Source: Rhynchobatus australiae (lineage: Eukaryota). From it: a DNA stretch of 64,000 nt. The stretch's first letter is position 1; each line of letters starts with the position of its first letter. The position numbers and the translations under genes were made by a program. Below are positions 53,001-64,000 of the stretch, in pieces. Under the pieces are notes generated by a model. The model did no database searches. It was not told the origin of the DNA and was given only the letters and a program-made list of their open reading frames with translations. Location of the stretch: assembly GCA_034780895.1 (NCBI GenBank), contig JAUZTB010000098.1:72718014-72782013 (forward strand), given 5' to 3'.

Positions 53001-56000
53001 TTATTTGTGGTGTTTGTCGCAGTGCCTACACCAGGTAAAAGCTCGTCATCATCACCAATACTTTTAATTTTCCTCCTTTTCCTCATCTTAGGTGGTTGCT
53101 GGAGCACACCTGCTGCTCCTATAATCCTATAATGTAACAACTGTGGTGACATACTGCGTGATATTGCTTCGTGTTCAGAATCTTTTGTGACTATTGGTTT
53201 GACCTTTGGCCCATGAAGCTCTGAACAGTAGAACTTCTTGTGGTTTTCAAAGTTCTCCAGCTTCCTATATCTATTTCTGCACGTTTCACATTCATACATG
53301 GACCCCCGTCCTGGCGACTTTTTCACTTTTTCCTGCGTACGCAAGCTGTGCTCAAATGATTTGCTTCTTGGCATCAAAATCCCTGTGGCCATGCCACTCC
53401 TCTGGAAACCCTCATCCATAGAGCGTGTGGAAGCAAAACTCTGCCCCTCACTGGCTGATGAGTCCTCTACTGCAGTCTGTCTGACAAGGGTTCGGGGATG
53501 GGCAAGTTGGATCGGTGTCTGTGGTCCAGTTATAAAGACGTCATCGCTAAATGAACCGCCAATTTTGTCATCAAATGACTGACTCCCTCTGAGTGGGTGC
53601 ACAGCTGGCGTTGTATTTGTAGGTATGGCAGAATTTGCTGGAGTAGCCGGCATGGAATTACTTCTAGTAATGGGCAAACAATCAAGCGAAGGGAATGGAG
53701 GAGGAACTGACAGAAGAAACACTTGCTTTGACTTGTCAGTAGGTGTAAAGGGGGACTTGGGGATATCAGAACTGGAGCTTGTTCTCCTTCCAGAATGAAG
53801 AGGCCGTAGATCAAATTGGAACGAATCTTTAAATGTGTATGGTTTCGGTGAGTCTATGCTTCCTCTCCTAGAAAGAGATGTTCTTCGTGGTTTTACACTA
53901 TCCAGCTGCTTATCATCCACTACTGCTTCATTGTCCGATATCAACTTGGAAATGCGTTCTTCGAGCGTTTTGGTTGCAATCTGGGCACGAACAGGAGCTA
54001 TTGATTTGGACTGCTTTTCGACTGAAACCGAATTCATCTGCAAAACAGTGGCCATAATTTGATTGCTGTGAGGAGTACAAGGAAAACTGCCCTTGTTTGC
54101 ATCAACTTCAGTAGTGGGCAATGACTTAATGAAGGGACTGAGTGGACTCATCTGTTGATCTGCACTTTCGGAACGGGAGAAATACCCTGAATCTGTGCTC
54201 CCTAAACTTCGTGGGCTCAAATGATGCTTCCCTTGTTCAGTGGCCTGCTGTCTTTGGAGCTGTGCATGCGAAGTCACTGACTGAGCCTTTTCTTCCTCTT
54301 GTGGGCTCATTTCCAGCTGCTGCTTGCATCCGGTGTCTTGCTTCATCCAAGCCATCCAAGTTGAAGTTGACTCCATTTTAGCAGCCTGTGGATTTGTCTG
54401 CTGCTGCGGATTGACTGGCTCTGGAGCTGCATCTGTTACCTGTGGACTATCAGCCCTNNNNNNNNNNNNNNNNNNNNNNNNNNNNNNNNNNNNNNNNNNN
54501 NNNNNNNNNNNNNNNNNNNNNNNNNNNNNNNNNNNNNNNNNNNNNNNNNNNNNNNNNNNNNNNNNNNNNNNNNNNNNNGACTTGTTGGATGACGAGAGAC
54601 TCCTGGGGAAGGCTGTAGCTGCTTCAGAATAGGACACATTGCCAGCTCCTTGTGCAGTTTCCTGTTCAAAGTGCTTTTGATCAAAATATTTTTCTTCTGA
54701 TGTCGAATCAGCCTCGCTTTCACCGCTTTCCTCTACATCTGACTGAATACTTAGCCCTCGGTCAGATTCCTGAGATACTGACGTACTGCTGCTCTCTGAT
54801 CTCAGAACAAGACCAAGTTTGATAGCATGAGCGTGGGACTTTTTGTGCTTATACAAGTTACTTTTGGTCTTAAATGAAAATCCACATGTAACACAAGGAT
54901 AGGGCCGTTCCCCAGTATGTGATCGAATATGCTTTTGGAGAACGCTGGGTTTTGCACATGCTCGGTTACAGTACTCACAAATGTACTTTCCCTGCTTTTT
55001 AGGCTTCTGCTCCTTAGGTGAAATATTGGACACTTGGTCCATCCCAGAGTTGACAACTGATGGCATTTGGAGCTGCTTATAACCAGATCCCATTTGATCA
55101 CAATTAGGTGGATTAGCTGCCATTGACTGGTTTGAATTGACCAGAAGCTGACTTTGATGCAGCTTATATGGCATAACAGTGGTCTGAGACTGACCTAAAG
55201 AAGTCATGGTTAAATTGTATGTTGGTTGGAAATGGTGTTTTCCTTGATTCTGCTGGTGTGTTGGTGATCCATTAAACCTCTGAGATAAGGCATGATGTTG
55301 ATCTTGTTTAGCATGCAAAATGTGTCGAGTTTGCTGGTAGTGTAAATGAGATGTAGGCTGACCTTGTCCTTGCTGTCTATTTCCTGATTTGGGCACAATT
55401 TGACCAACATTTGAATAGTACTGTCGATCTGTGGCAAATTCAGATTTACATACTGAAGGCTGACCTAGGCTCTGTGCAGTAACTGTTGATATTCCACTTG
55501 ATACTTCCTGGGATACAACACTGACATCTGATTTTCTCAACTCCGAGTCAGCTGAAGAGAATTTTACTTTTGACAGAGTTTTCAGTTCCGGCTCCATAGC
55601 TTTCAATAAGACATCAAAAGCAGAACTTGCATAAGGAGAGCTCCCATTTGTACTGCAACTTTTACTCTCGGCTTTAATGATCCAATGTTTACGCAGTAAA
55701 GACAGACGTTGAATTGGATGCTGTTGGTGCTCGTAGGATAGTGGGGGAGACTTCTCTGCAACTAGCAATTTCAATGTTGCATCAGTTTCTAGTTGATGAG
55801 CACTCCAATTTGGGGACCTGTTGAACGACTCAACTGAATGCTGTGATCCCACAATCTTTTTCTGCAGTGATTTACCAGCTCTGGCTTCAGTTGTCTCACC
55901 AACAAAGTTTAGGTCCTCTGAATATTCTGGCCCAATTTCTCCTTCTCTCTCCAATCCTCCATTTTGGTCAAGCAAGGGTTCCTTTTTTAATGGTGAAGCA

Positions 56001-56160
56001 GCAGTTTGAATACCATCGACTGAAATGGCTGCCTCTGCACTTTGTCAATCGTTACTTAATTTTAACANNNNNNNNNNTGTCACGTTTTCAGCCACAACTT
56101 TCTTCCGCTTCACACCTTTAGCTGCATTTGTTTTTCCTTTTCGTCTGGACTCTTGGAATT
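50011..56160 (-). CDS. HIVEP1: HIVEP1 large (~6 kb) exon: N-terminal C2H2 pair, isolated CCHC finger, NLS, Ser-rich regions
   Basis: Acceptor ttttgttttAGtAG at 56165-56161, donor AAG|gtatta at 50010-50009. Encodes [102 protein letters not shown] and [10 protein letters not shown]. Three N gaps inside; split into ORFs 50990..55975 and 49990..50985 by one of them. Confidence 0.95.
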
Positions 56161-57239
56161 CTACTAAAACAAAATAAAGTTAAGAAATCAATCCTTTTTT
56201 TGTTATCACTGCAATACCAGTAACAGTAACAAGGTCATACAGCAACTCATATTTACATGATTATTAGTGCACAAAATTTAAATGCTTTCAAGACAAAGGG
56301 CTATCGAGTCAGTACACCCACATTTTAGGCTCTATCAATGTGCGCAGAGTTCTAGAATGTTGTCTACAGCATGCATGCATTTCTGTCCAATAAATCACGT
56401 CAGATGCTAATGGGATTAGGGTGCACACAAGTGACTTCCACAGAAAGTATGCAGAGCAGGTTAATCATGACATTTATCAGTACAGAACTCTGGTTTAATA
56501 CCAGTGCTTCCATTTTGGAACTCAATATTTCAGACACTTCACACAGTCAGACACTTCTTTATTTGCAAAAATGGAATCCCCATCCCACTGTTGCTTCCCT
56601 TGCTGCCAACTCTATCATGCAAAGTGCTACCATGGGTCATATTTAAGAGAACCATTGACTATATCCAAGTTAGTTGTTGATAGGATTACACAGCATGGAA
56701 ACAGGCCCTTCAACTTAACTCATCCATGCTGATCAAGATGTCTATCCGAGCTAGTCCCATATTGAATTTTTCTGACTATCAGCTAGATGCTACAAGTGCT
56801 TGTTATTTTTCACTGTTGCTTCAAGTTGCAATAATTTACTAAGAAAAGTGTGGCAGGCAGTAAAGGACTCCTTGCTGACTTTAAGGCTTCTGCACCAAGC
56901 ACAAGTAGCCTGCAGAATACATTGGTGGGCTTTGATCTCTGCAAAAACACGAGTTAAGTTGATCCTGAACTATTCCAGCTCCTTAATGTTCAAGACCATT
57001 GTCAGGCTTGCTGGTGAACTAACCATTTCAACGGGCATCCTAGTAGTCTTCTCCTGTAACCTGATCCACCAAAATCTTTACCCGCGTCTTCTTCAGCAGG
57101 AATAACTTTGCCCTCTGGTGAGCTGAGCTGGCATCCTCACACACTGCTCTGGTTGCAGGCCACAGGCCACTTCTGCCTAAAATCTCACTATGTACTTACC
57201 CAGCTTCTATGCTATCCTCTAAATTATGAGCCACATCAG

Positions 57240-57660
57240 TACATAAAACACTACAGTACAGTACAGGCCCTTCGGCCCACAATGTTGAGCCGACAGTTTA
57301 TCCTGCTCTAAGATCTACCTAACCCTTCTAACCCACATAGCCCCCTATTTTTCTATCATTCATGTGTCTATCTGAGTCTCTTAAATGTCCCTAATGTATC
57401 TGCTCCCACCTCTGCTGGCAGTGCATTTCACGCACCCACCGCTCTCTGTGTAAAAAATTTACCCCTGACATACCCCTTATACCTTCCTCCAATCACCTTA
57501 AAATTATGTCCCCTCATGTTAGTCATTGTCACACTGGGAAAAAGTCTCTGACTGTCCACTCGATCTATGCCTCTTATCATCTTGTACACCTCTATTAAGT
57601 CACCTCTCATNNNNNNNNNNNNNNNNNNNNNNNNNNNNNNNCCCTAGCTCGCTCAACCTA
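57240..57660 (-). mobile_element. CR1 3' end, relatively young
   Basis: MRGDLIEVYKMIRGIDRVDSQRLFP..RGHNFKVIGGRYKG..FFTQRAVGA. Confidence 0.9.
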
Positions 57661-59914
57661 ATGCCATAAACTGAACTTGTAAGGGCAAGTGTAAAGTTGA
57701 ACACTTTCATTTTCACTCTCTCCTTTTTTTGTTTGTAAATTGTTGGCTATGTTATAGTCCTTGGGTGTCTGAGAGAAGATAGAAACAAGGACAAGGATGG
57801 TGCTGAAGAGCAAGGCTTGCATGTTTACAGCACCTACATCTCATAAATGAGAAGAGATTGTGTGATGTGGGGGGAAGTGGGAACTGAAAAGAACTAGTTA
57901 TGATGGTAATGCAATCTGTGAAGGCTTTGGTCATGCAGTTGGCCACAGTCATGGCAATAGGTACACCAATAATGGCCACCACTGGCTTCTTCACAGGGCT
58001 TATGGAGACAGGTGCTCTGCCCATGTTCGTTTTACTTCTGCTGTCTCAGAAAGTGAACCACCTTGACCTGCTGGAGGGAGGAAAGTGTTTCAGAGTAGGA
58101 GACAATGTAATAGGACAATGTTACTGCCAAGACCATTTTTACAGGCTTGAGAGGTGGTTGTCTGGCATGAAGTAGTGCTAAAGACTGAAGGTGAGTAGTA
58201 TAACTGTGAACTATGAGTCCAAGATGACTGAGATTATTGGTAGCTGAGTGATGGCATTGTTAACTGAGCGGTGGCTGAGACAAGTGGTGCGGTTGGTAGT
58301 ATATGGCATTTGAAAATGTATTTATTGATCACGGCCATTTTAGTGAGGTCAGTGAACATGTAAGTTTTCAGGGCCTGGTTATCTACTCTCACTAGCTTTT
58401 GAAGCTATGCCTGATGCCCTGTGGGCACAAAACATTTCTCTTGGTCTCCGCCTCCAGTGAAATCCAAACGCATGCTCTTTCTGAGGTTCTCCCATTTTTC
58501 ACTTTCTCATATTGGATGCTGAACAGCTGCCAGAACATGTTCTATCCATAAAACAACCTCATCCTTAAGAGATATAGACTGCTTTAAGCAGTGCATGCCA
58601 TTTTCAACAGGCCACTGGCCACTCATGTGATTGGCCTCCACTGATGTATGTGGAAAATGAACAACATGCCTAGCACTGGCTGAAGGCTTAAATCATTATT
58701 TTGAGGAGGCAACACAAAGTTGGTGACTACCCTTACTCCCATGCCCGTTTTTGTTGTCTACCAAATTTTTGACCCCATTTTCTTTATAATGTCTGTAATG
58801 CAAACCAGCAGTGTACCCAAGATCAAATGCACAAACTGATTTTATAAAAAGTAAGTCCACCAGGATCACAAATTTAAAAACTCCAGGTGTATGTGCAAGT
58901 TTTCCATGGATAACAAAAGTACATGAAAGTTCATGTAAACTGCTTTTATAGTCAGCCTGAAGTACTCTTATGAAAAGTTAGTCTTGTTTTCCTCTTCACA
59001 GATGCTGCCTGACGTGCTGAGTTTCCCCAGCAGTTATTTCAGATAGCCTAAATTGCCTTTTTACTCTCCATGGAAATCAGAATCAGAATTTATCTGAATG
59101 GATTATCAAATATTGAATATGCTGGTTAAAAGAAAAGGTTTATTCAATTTAAAAATTATTAGTAGCCAGCTGGATAAGCATTTTCATGTTTGAGGACTGT
59201 TGTAAGTCAGGCTGGCATTACAGTGAGGGAGTCTCAAGGCAGCTGATGAACCTGGAGTTGGAAATGAAGATCAAAAAACTTCAGATGTTACAAATTGTGA
59301 AGTTAACTTGTTTTTTTCTTCCCCACATCTAATGAGGGACCTTGAGCTGAAGTGTTAACTCTGTTTCTCTTTCCACAGATGCTGCCTGACTAGCTGAGTA
59401 TCTAAAGCATCTGCTGTTTTTATTATTAGATGCGGAATTGGAAGAGTGATGGGCTGATTTAACTGGTGGCCTTCATGTTAGTATTTCACATCAGAATTTC
59501 CTGCCTGAAGCTAGTAGGAAAGAAATTAAGGTCAGGGGGTAGGTAAAGGAATTAGTTTGGGAGATGAACACTGCCATGATCAAAGGCAAACAAACAAAAA
59601 CAAGTACTAAGGAGGTTTAATCATAATCATTATCCTCAGCTATGAGGTTAAATGCATTTAAGATTCATAAACCGAGGTAGTGAAAAGATGCTGGTACAAC
59701 ATGTTCAAACCTGTAGAGAAAGAAATGCTGACTATCACCAACAGATGGAGCAGTCCTGCAGCAATCAAGTACTCTGCTTCTACAGTCTGTTTAATTCAAG
59801 AAATATTAATCATTTCCTAATCATAGCAACACTCAGGTCTGTTTACTGCAGAGCTTGACAAGTGGGTGGCTTAATGATTTCCACCAGAGACTGAAGGCAC
59901 CCATTTGCAAGGGC

Positions 59915-60085
59915 TTCAATTCCGCAGTTGTCTGGAAGGAGCTTGTACATTCTCCCCATGTTCGCGTGGGTTTCTGCCGGGGGCTCTGGTTTCCTCCCAC
60001 TTTCCAAAGACGTACAGGTTAGGAGCTGTGTGGCATTTCACTGTGTATTTCGATGTACATGTGACTAATAAATAAATATCTTATT
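59915..60085 (+). mobile_element. tRNA-SINE (same family as 10845-11138), internally deleted
   Basis: ttcaattcc..gcgtgggtttctgccgggggctctggtttcctcccac..tttcgatgtacatgtgactaataaat. Confidence 0.75.
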
Positions 60086-60884
60086 TCGAACAGGATTCAT
60101 CCTTCACCCACAGCTTTTGTCAGAGTACCAATTACAATGTGAAATACAAATTCCTCTCTGCAATCTACACCAGCGCGTCATTGCTCTCAACACCCATACC
60201 TTTAATGCCTGTATTTTTTAAGTAACTCCTGTAAATGTGGGAACATTAGCTGACTGAGAAGTTTCAAATGGAAGTTCAAAGAAAAAAAGAACAGTTCATC
60301 CCTGCATACTGTAAGACATAGACAATATTCAGACAAGGGCTGGCAATATACATGCTCTAAAAGTGCCAAACAATGACTAACATCAACAAGCAAGAGTCTA
60401 TCATTCTAGTCTTGATAGTCGATCACTGCTGAATCCCCAACCATCAGCATCCAGAAGATCATCATTGACTAAAAGTGCAACTGGGCCAGTCATAAAAACA
60501 TAATGATAGTTTGGAGGCCGGGTATGCTAAAGCCTATCCACCATCAACAAGGCACATCAGAACTGTGATGGAATACTCTCCACTTGCCTGGATGAGAGTA
60601 CTTCTAACAGCAATTAAGAAACTCTACATGATACATTGGCAAAACAGCCCATTTGAAAGGGATCCTATCCATTGCCCTAAACTTTCTTTCCCTTGGAGGA
60701 AAGTCATTACAGTGTGTGCCACCTACAAAATGCACTGTAGTTACTAGCCTTGGCTATTCTGACGGCACATCTTAAACCTCAGATTCAGATCAGTTTATTG
60801 TCATATACACTAGGGTGCAATGAAATTACTTGCTCGCATGAAGATCACAGAGTAAACAGAATATGCAGTAATAATAAAAAAAGA

Positions 60885-61090
60885 TAAAATATCTTTATTA
60901 GTCACATGTACATCAAAACACACAGTGAAATGCAGTGTTCTGGGGCAGCCCACAAGTGTCGCCATGCTTCCAGCGCCAACATAGCATGCCCAAAACTTCC
61001 TAACCTGTACATCTTTGAAATGTGGGAGGAAACCCACGCAGACACGTGGAGAACGTACAAACTCCTCACAGACAGCAGGTGGAATTGAAT
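60885..61090 (-). mobile_element. tRNA-SINE (same family), inserted in LINE remnants
   Basis: atatctttattagtcacatgtacatcaaaacacacagtgaaatg..ggcagcccacaagtgtcgcc..gaggaaacccacgcagacac..ggaattgaa. Confidence 0.8.
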
Positions 61091-61589
61091 ACAACAATAA
61101 ATACAGTGACAAGTGTAAAGTAACAACAACGTGACAATGGAATGGTGCAAAGTACAGTAGTGCAAAAAGAAATGCTAATGTGACACTAATGAAAGAGGTA
61201 AGATCAAGGGTTCAAGAATGTGGTAGCATCTCCAGTAAAGGAATGTGAAAGAGGATTTGATCTTTATTCCAAGGAATGGTGAGGGCAGCAGGTTTATAGG
61301 ATCACCATTCCCCCACAGGTCATTCAAGTTACATGTCTAATTTGGAAATATAATTCTGGTCCCTTATCATCCTGAAATTCCTTACGCGATGACCAGAGGG
61401 ACTGCAGTAGTTCAAGAAGGGACATTTGGGAAGGCAATAGCTGCTAACTTCCTCATTGATGCCAAATTCCATAAAACGAGTAAAGAAAAAAACTGCATAT
61501 GCTGGAAATCTGAAATTAAAAAAAAGGAAATGTTTACTGTTGTCAACTGTTTCTCTTTCCACAGATGCTGCCTTACCAACTAAGTGCTT

Positions 61590-62150
61590 CCAAAGAAGCA
61601 AAATATACCAATCTGTAGAAGCAATCTACCTTTAAAACTCAGAAGAAAAAGCAGGCCCCACGTTATCGCAGAGTTCATGGTTTTCATGTGCCATGCATTA
61701 GCTTTGGCTTCAAAAATTGATCCCTGCAAAAGATGGTGCTTAAGTGTTTGCCAGAGGGGAATTCTAATAGCAGTTCTATGCACATGTGATACATGTTTGC
61801 CAGGGGCTGCTGGGTGTGCAATAATGGTGTGAATTGACCTGCAGGGCACATTCGACAGTGTACCTGCAAACCTAGTGTTTGCATTCCCCAAAGAAACCAT
61901 GAGGGCCTTGATGCGGAAGCAGCCCTTGAAAGGAAGGAGAAAGCCTACTTCCGCTGAGGCATGCTATGTAATCCTTACTATTGGTCTCAATGCTTTTGAT
62001 GTTATTAGTAAGGATTTCTTTCCTTGGGGCATGGGGGTGCAGTTGAGAGAGTGGGATGCTGACCACACTATTGAGAAACACCACTTTAGGAGCTCCTACT
62101 ATGTCTGGAAATCACATTTTATAGCTTGCATTTCTAGCATGGCTGTTGTG
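61590..62150 (-). mobile_element. Decayed Ty3/Gypsy integrase fragment
   Basis: Minus-strand frames give RIKAL..GMQ..CRMC..PLLHTQQP..CIELLLEFPSGKHL, then (shifted frame) CDNVGPAFSSEF, collinear with the H2C2 and rve core (DNGPxFxSxEF). Confidence 0.55.
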
Positions 62151-62179
62151 CTCCTGGTTGGGAGGGGGGTTGCAGTACT

Positions 62180-64000
62180 TATGCAGTCAACAAATTGTAT
62201 CTTGTTTGTGCAAGAAAATCATTCTCAAATCAGCTCATTCAAAAAGAAAGGAGATGGGTGATTACCAGGAAGTGCAGTAAATGCAGGCAGGTAGTGCAGG
62301 AATCCCCTGTGGTCATTCCCCTCTCAAACAGGTATAGTGATTTGGATACCGTAGGAGGGGGCTGCCTCTTAGAGGAAAGTAGCAGCTGCCAGGTTTGTGG
62401 CACAATAATCAGCTCTGATGCACAGCAGGAGAGGGAAAAGTGTATGCAAGCAGTAGTGCTGAGGGATTTGTTAGTGAAGGGAACAGACTGGCACTTCTGT
62501 GGCCAAGAGTGAGACTCAGAATGGTATGTTGCCTACCTGGTGCCAGGGTCAGAAGTGTCTAGCAGTGGGTGCAAAACATTCTAAAAGGGGAGGGAGAACA
62601 GCCAGAGGTCATGATACACAAAGGTACCAATGACATAGATAACAAAAATGGATGAGGTTCTGCAAAGTTTAGGCAGGAAGCTAAAAAGCAGAACCTCAGG
62701 GTTATAATCTCAGGATTACTCCCTGTCCATGTGCTAGTGAGGGTAGAAATAGGAGATGAACAGGGGGGAGGAAGGTGTTAATAAAAAGGAGGAAGATGGA
62801 ATTGCATCTGGGGTAGGTGGGGCTTAAACACAAAGAAAGGGTTGCACCTGAACTGAAGGGAGACCAATATCCTTGCAGGGAGGTTTCCTCGCCTTACTCA
62901 GGGATTTGTACTAATTTAGCAGGAACTGGGAAGCATAGTAACAGTGCAGCAGGTGGGGAGACAGAATTAAAAGTAGAGGATAATTCAAGCAAGTTCATTG
63001 GGCAGAGCAGACTGAGGCAGGTTAGGGGAGCATGGAAAGACTGGTAGATTCAGCTGCATTTACTTCAATGCAAAGGCCCCAACAGGTAAGACAGATGAGC
63101 TTAGAGCACGGATCAGCATTTGGAATTATGATATGATTGCAAGGGCAGGACTGGCAGATTAATGTTCCAGGGTATAGAAGTTTCAGATGTGACAGAGTGG
63201 AATGTAAAAGATGAGGGGGAGTCGCACTATTGATTAGCGGTCATGGCAGTAGTTAACAGAAGAAATCCTAGAGGGATCATCCAATAAAGTCATATGAATA
63301 GAATTTAGGAATAAGAGAGGGGAGATCACTTTCTTGGGGTTATAAACAGACATTCTGATTCATGGAGAAATCGGCTTACAGGCAGTTCTCAGAAACAGAA
63401 CCTTAACGTAGCCCAGGGACTCTAATGTATTAACAAGGTGNNNNNNNNNNNNNNNNNNNNNNNNNNNNNNNNNNNNNNNNNNNNNNNNNNNNNNNNNNNN
63501 NNNNNNNNNNNNNNNNNNNNNNNNNNNNNNNNNNNNNNNNNNNNNNNNNNNNNNNNNNNNNNNNNNNNNNAATGTTATATCTTTATTTAAGAAGAGCAGC
63601 AAGAATAAGCCAGGTAAACTTGAGAGCCTCAGATCAATGATAGAGAAATTATTGAAGAAAATTCTATGGAATAGGATTTATGTACATGGAAAGGCAGGTA
63701 CAGATCTGGGATAGTCAGCATGGCTTTGTGAGGGGAAAATCCTGCCTCACTAATTTGATTGAGTCTTTTGAGGAAGTAACCAAGAAGATTGTTGTTTACA
63801 TGACTTTAGTAAGACATTTGACAAGGTCCTGCATGGTAAGCTGATCCAAAAGGTTAAGGTACATAGGATCCAAGGCAAGCTAGCTGATTGGACCCAAAAT
63901 TGCTTGGTGATAGGAGGCTGAGGGTGGTAATGGAGGGATGTTTTTCTGATTGGAAGTCTGTTACCAGCAGTGTTCTGCATGGTTCAGTGCTGGGACCCTT
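62180..64000 (+). mobile_element. Long CR1 LINE remnant: ORF1 SGNH esterase, ORF2 endonuclease and RT start
   Basis: IPLSNRYSDLDTVGG, AVVLRDLLVKGTDWHFCG, CCLPGARV, GEGEQPEVMIHKGTNDI (ORF1); CIYFNAKGPTGKTDELRARISIWNYD (APE); DFSKTFDKVLH and GSVLGP (RT). Many stops and deletions. Confidence 0.88.

Noticed and set aside
1-64000. CRISPR arrays, operons, rRNA or other prokaryotic-type systems
   Set aside because: No regularly spaced repeats or gene-dense architecture; the window is a vertebrate intron-exon locus.

Overview
Eukaryotic, gapped draft assembly. The CR1, Rex1, RTE, Penelope and tRNA-SINE repeat content suggests a cartilaginous fish, probably a ray or shark (inference). The window holds the 3' part of one minus-strand gene, HIVEP1 (Schnurri-1/ZNF40/MBP-1/PRDII-BF1). 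I traced six coding exons by hand with consistent splice phases: 56160-50011, 44331-44204, 35854-35679, 32357-32256, 6438-5939 and 1489-332. Together they give about 2,700 codons, ending in the HIVEP1-type tail SSDDEDRLVIAT. The first exons lie beyond base 64000 and the 3' UTR runs off base 1. The introns are filled with decayed retroelements. I found no prokaryotic-type system (CRISPR, operon) and no convincing novel gene. Points worth a second look: a GC-AG intron, a TAGTAG tandem acceptor, an in-frame TGA beside a gap in the large exon, a false 100-N gap that breaks the reading frame, a G-U-paired 58-nt intronic hairpin, repeated LxRQ and PxIxIT-like linear motifs, a CTCF-like site and a decayed Gypsy integrase. 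Repeat boundaries are approximate and families were assigned by eye.
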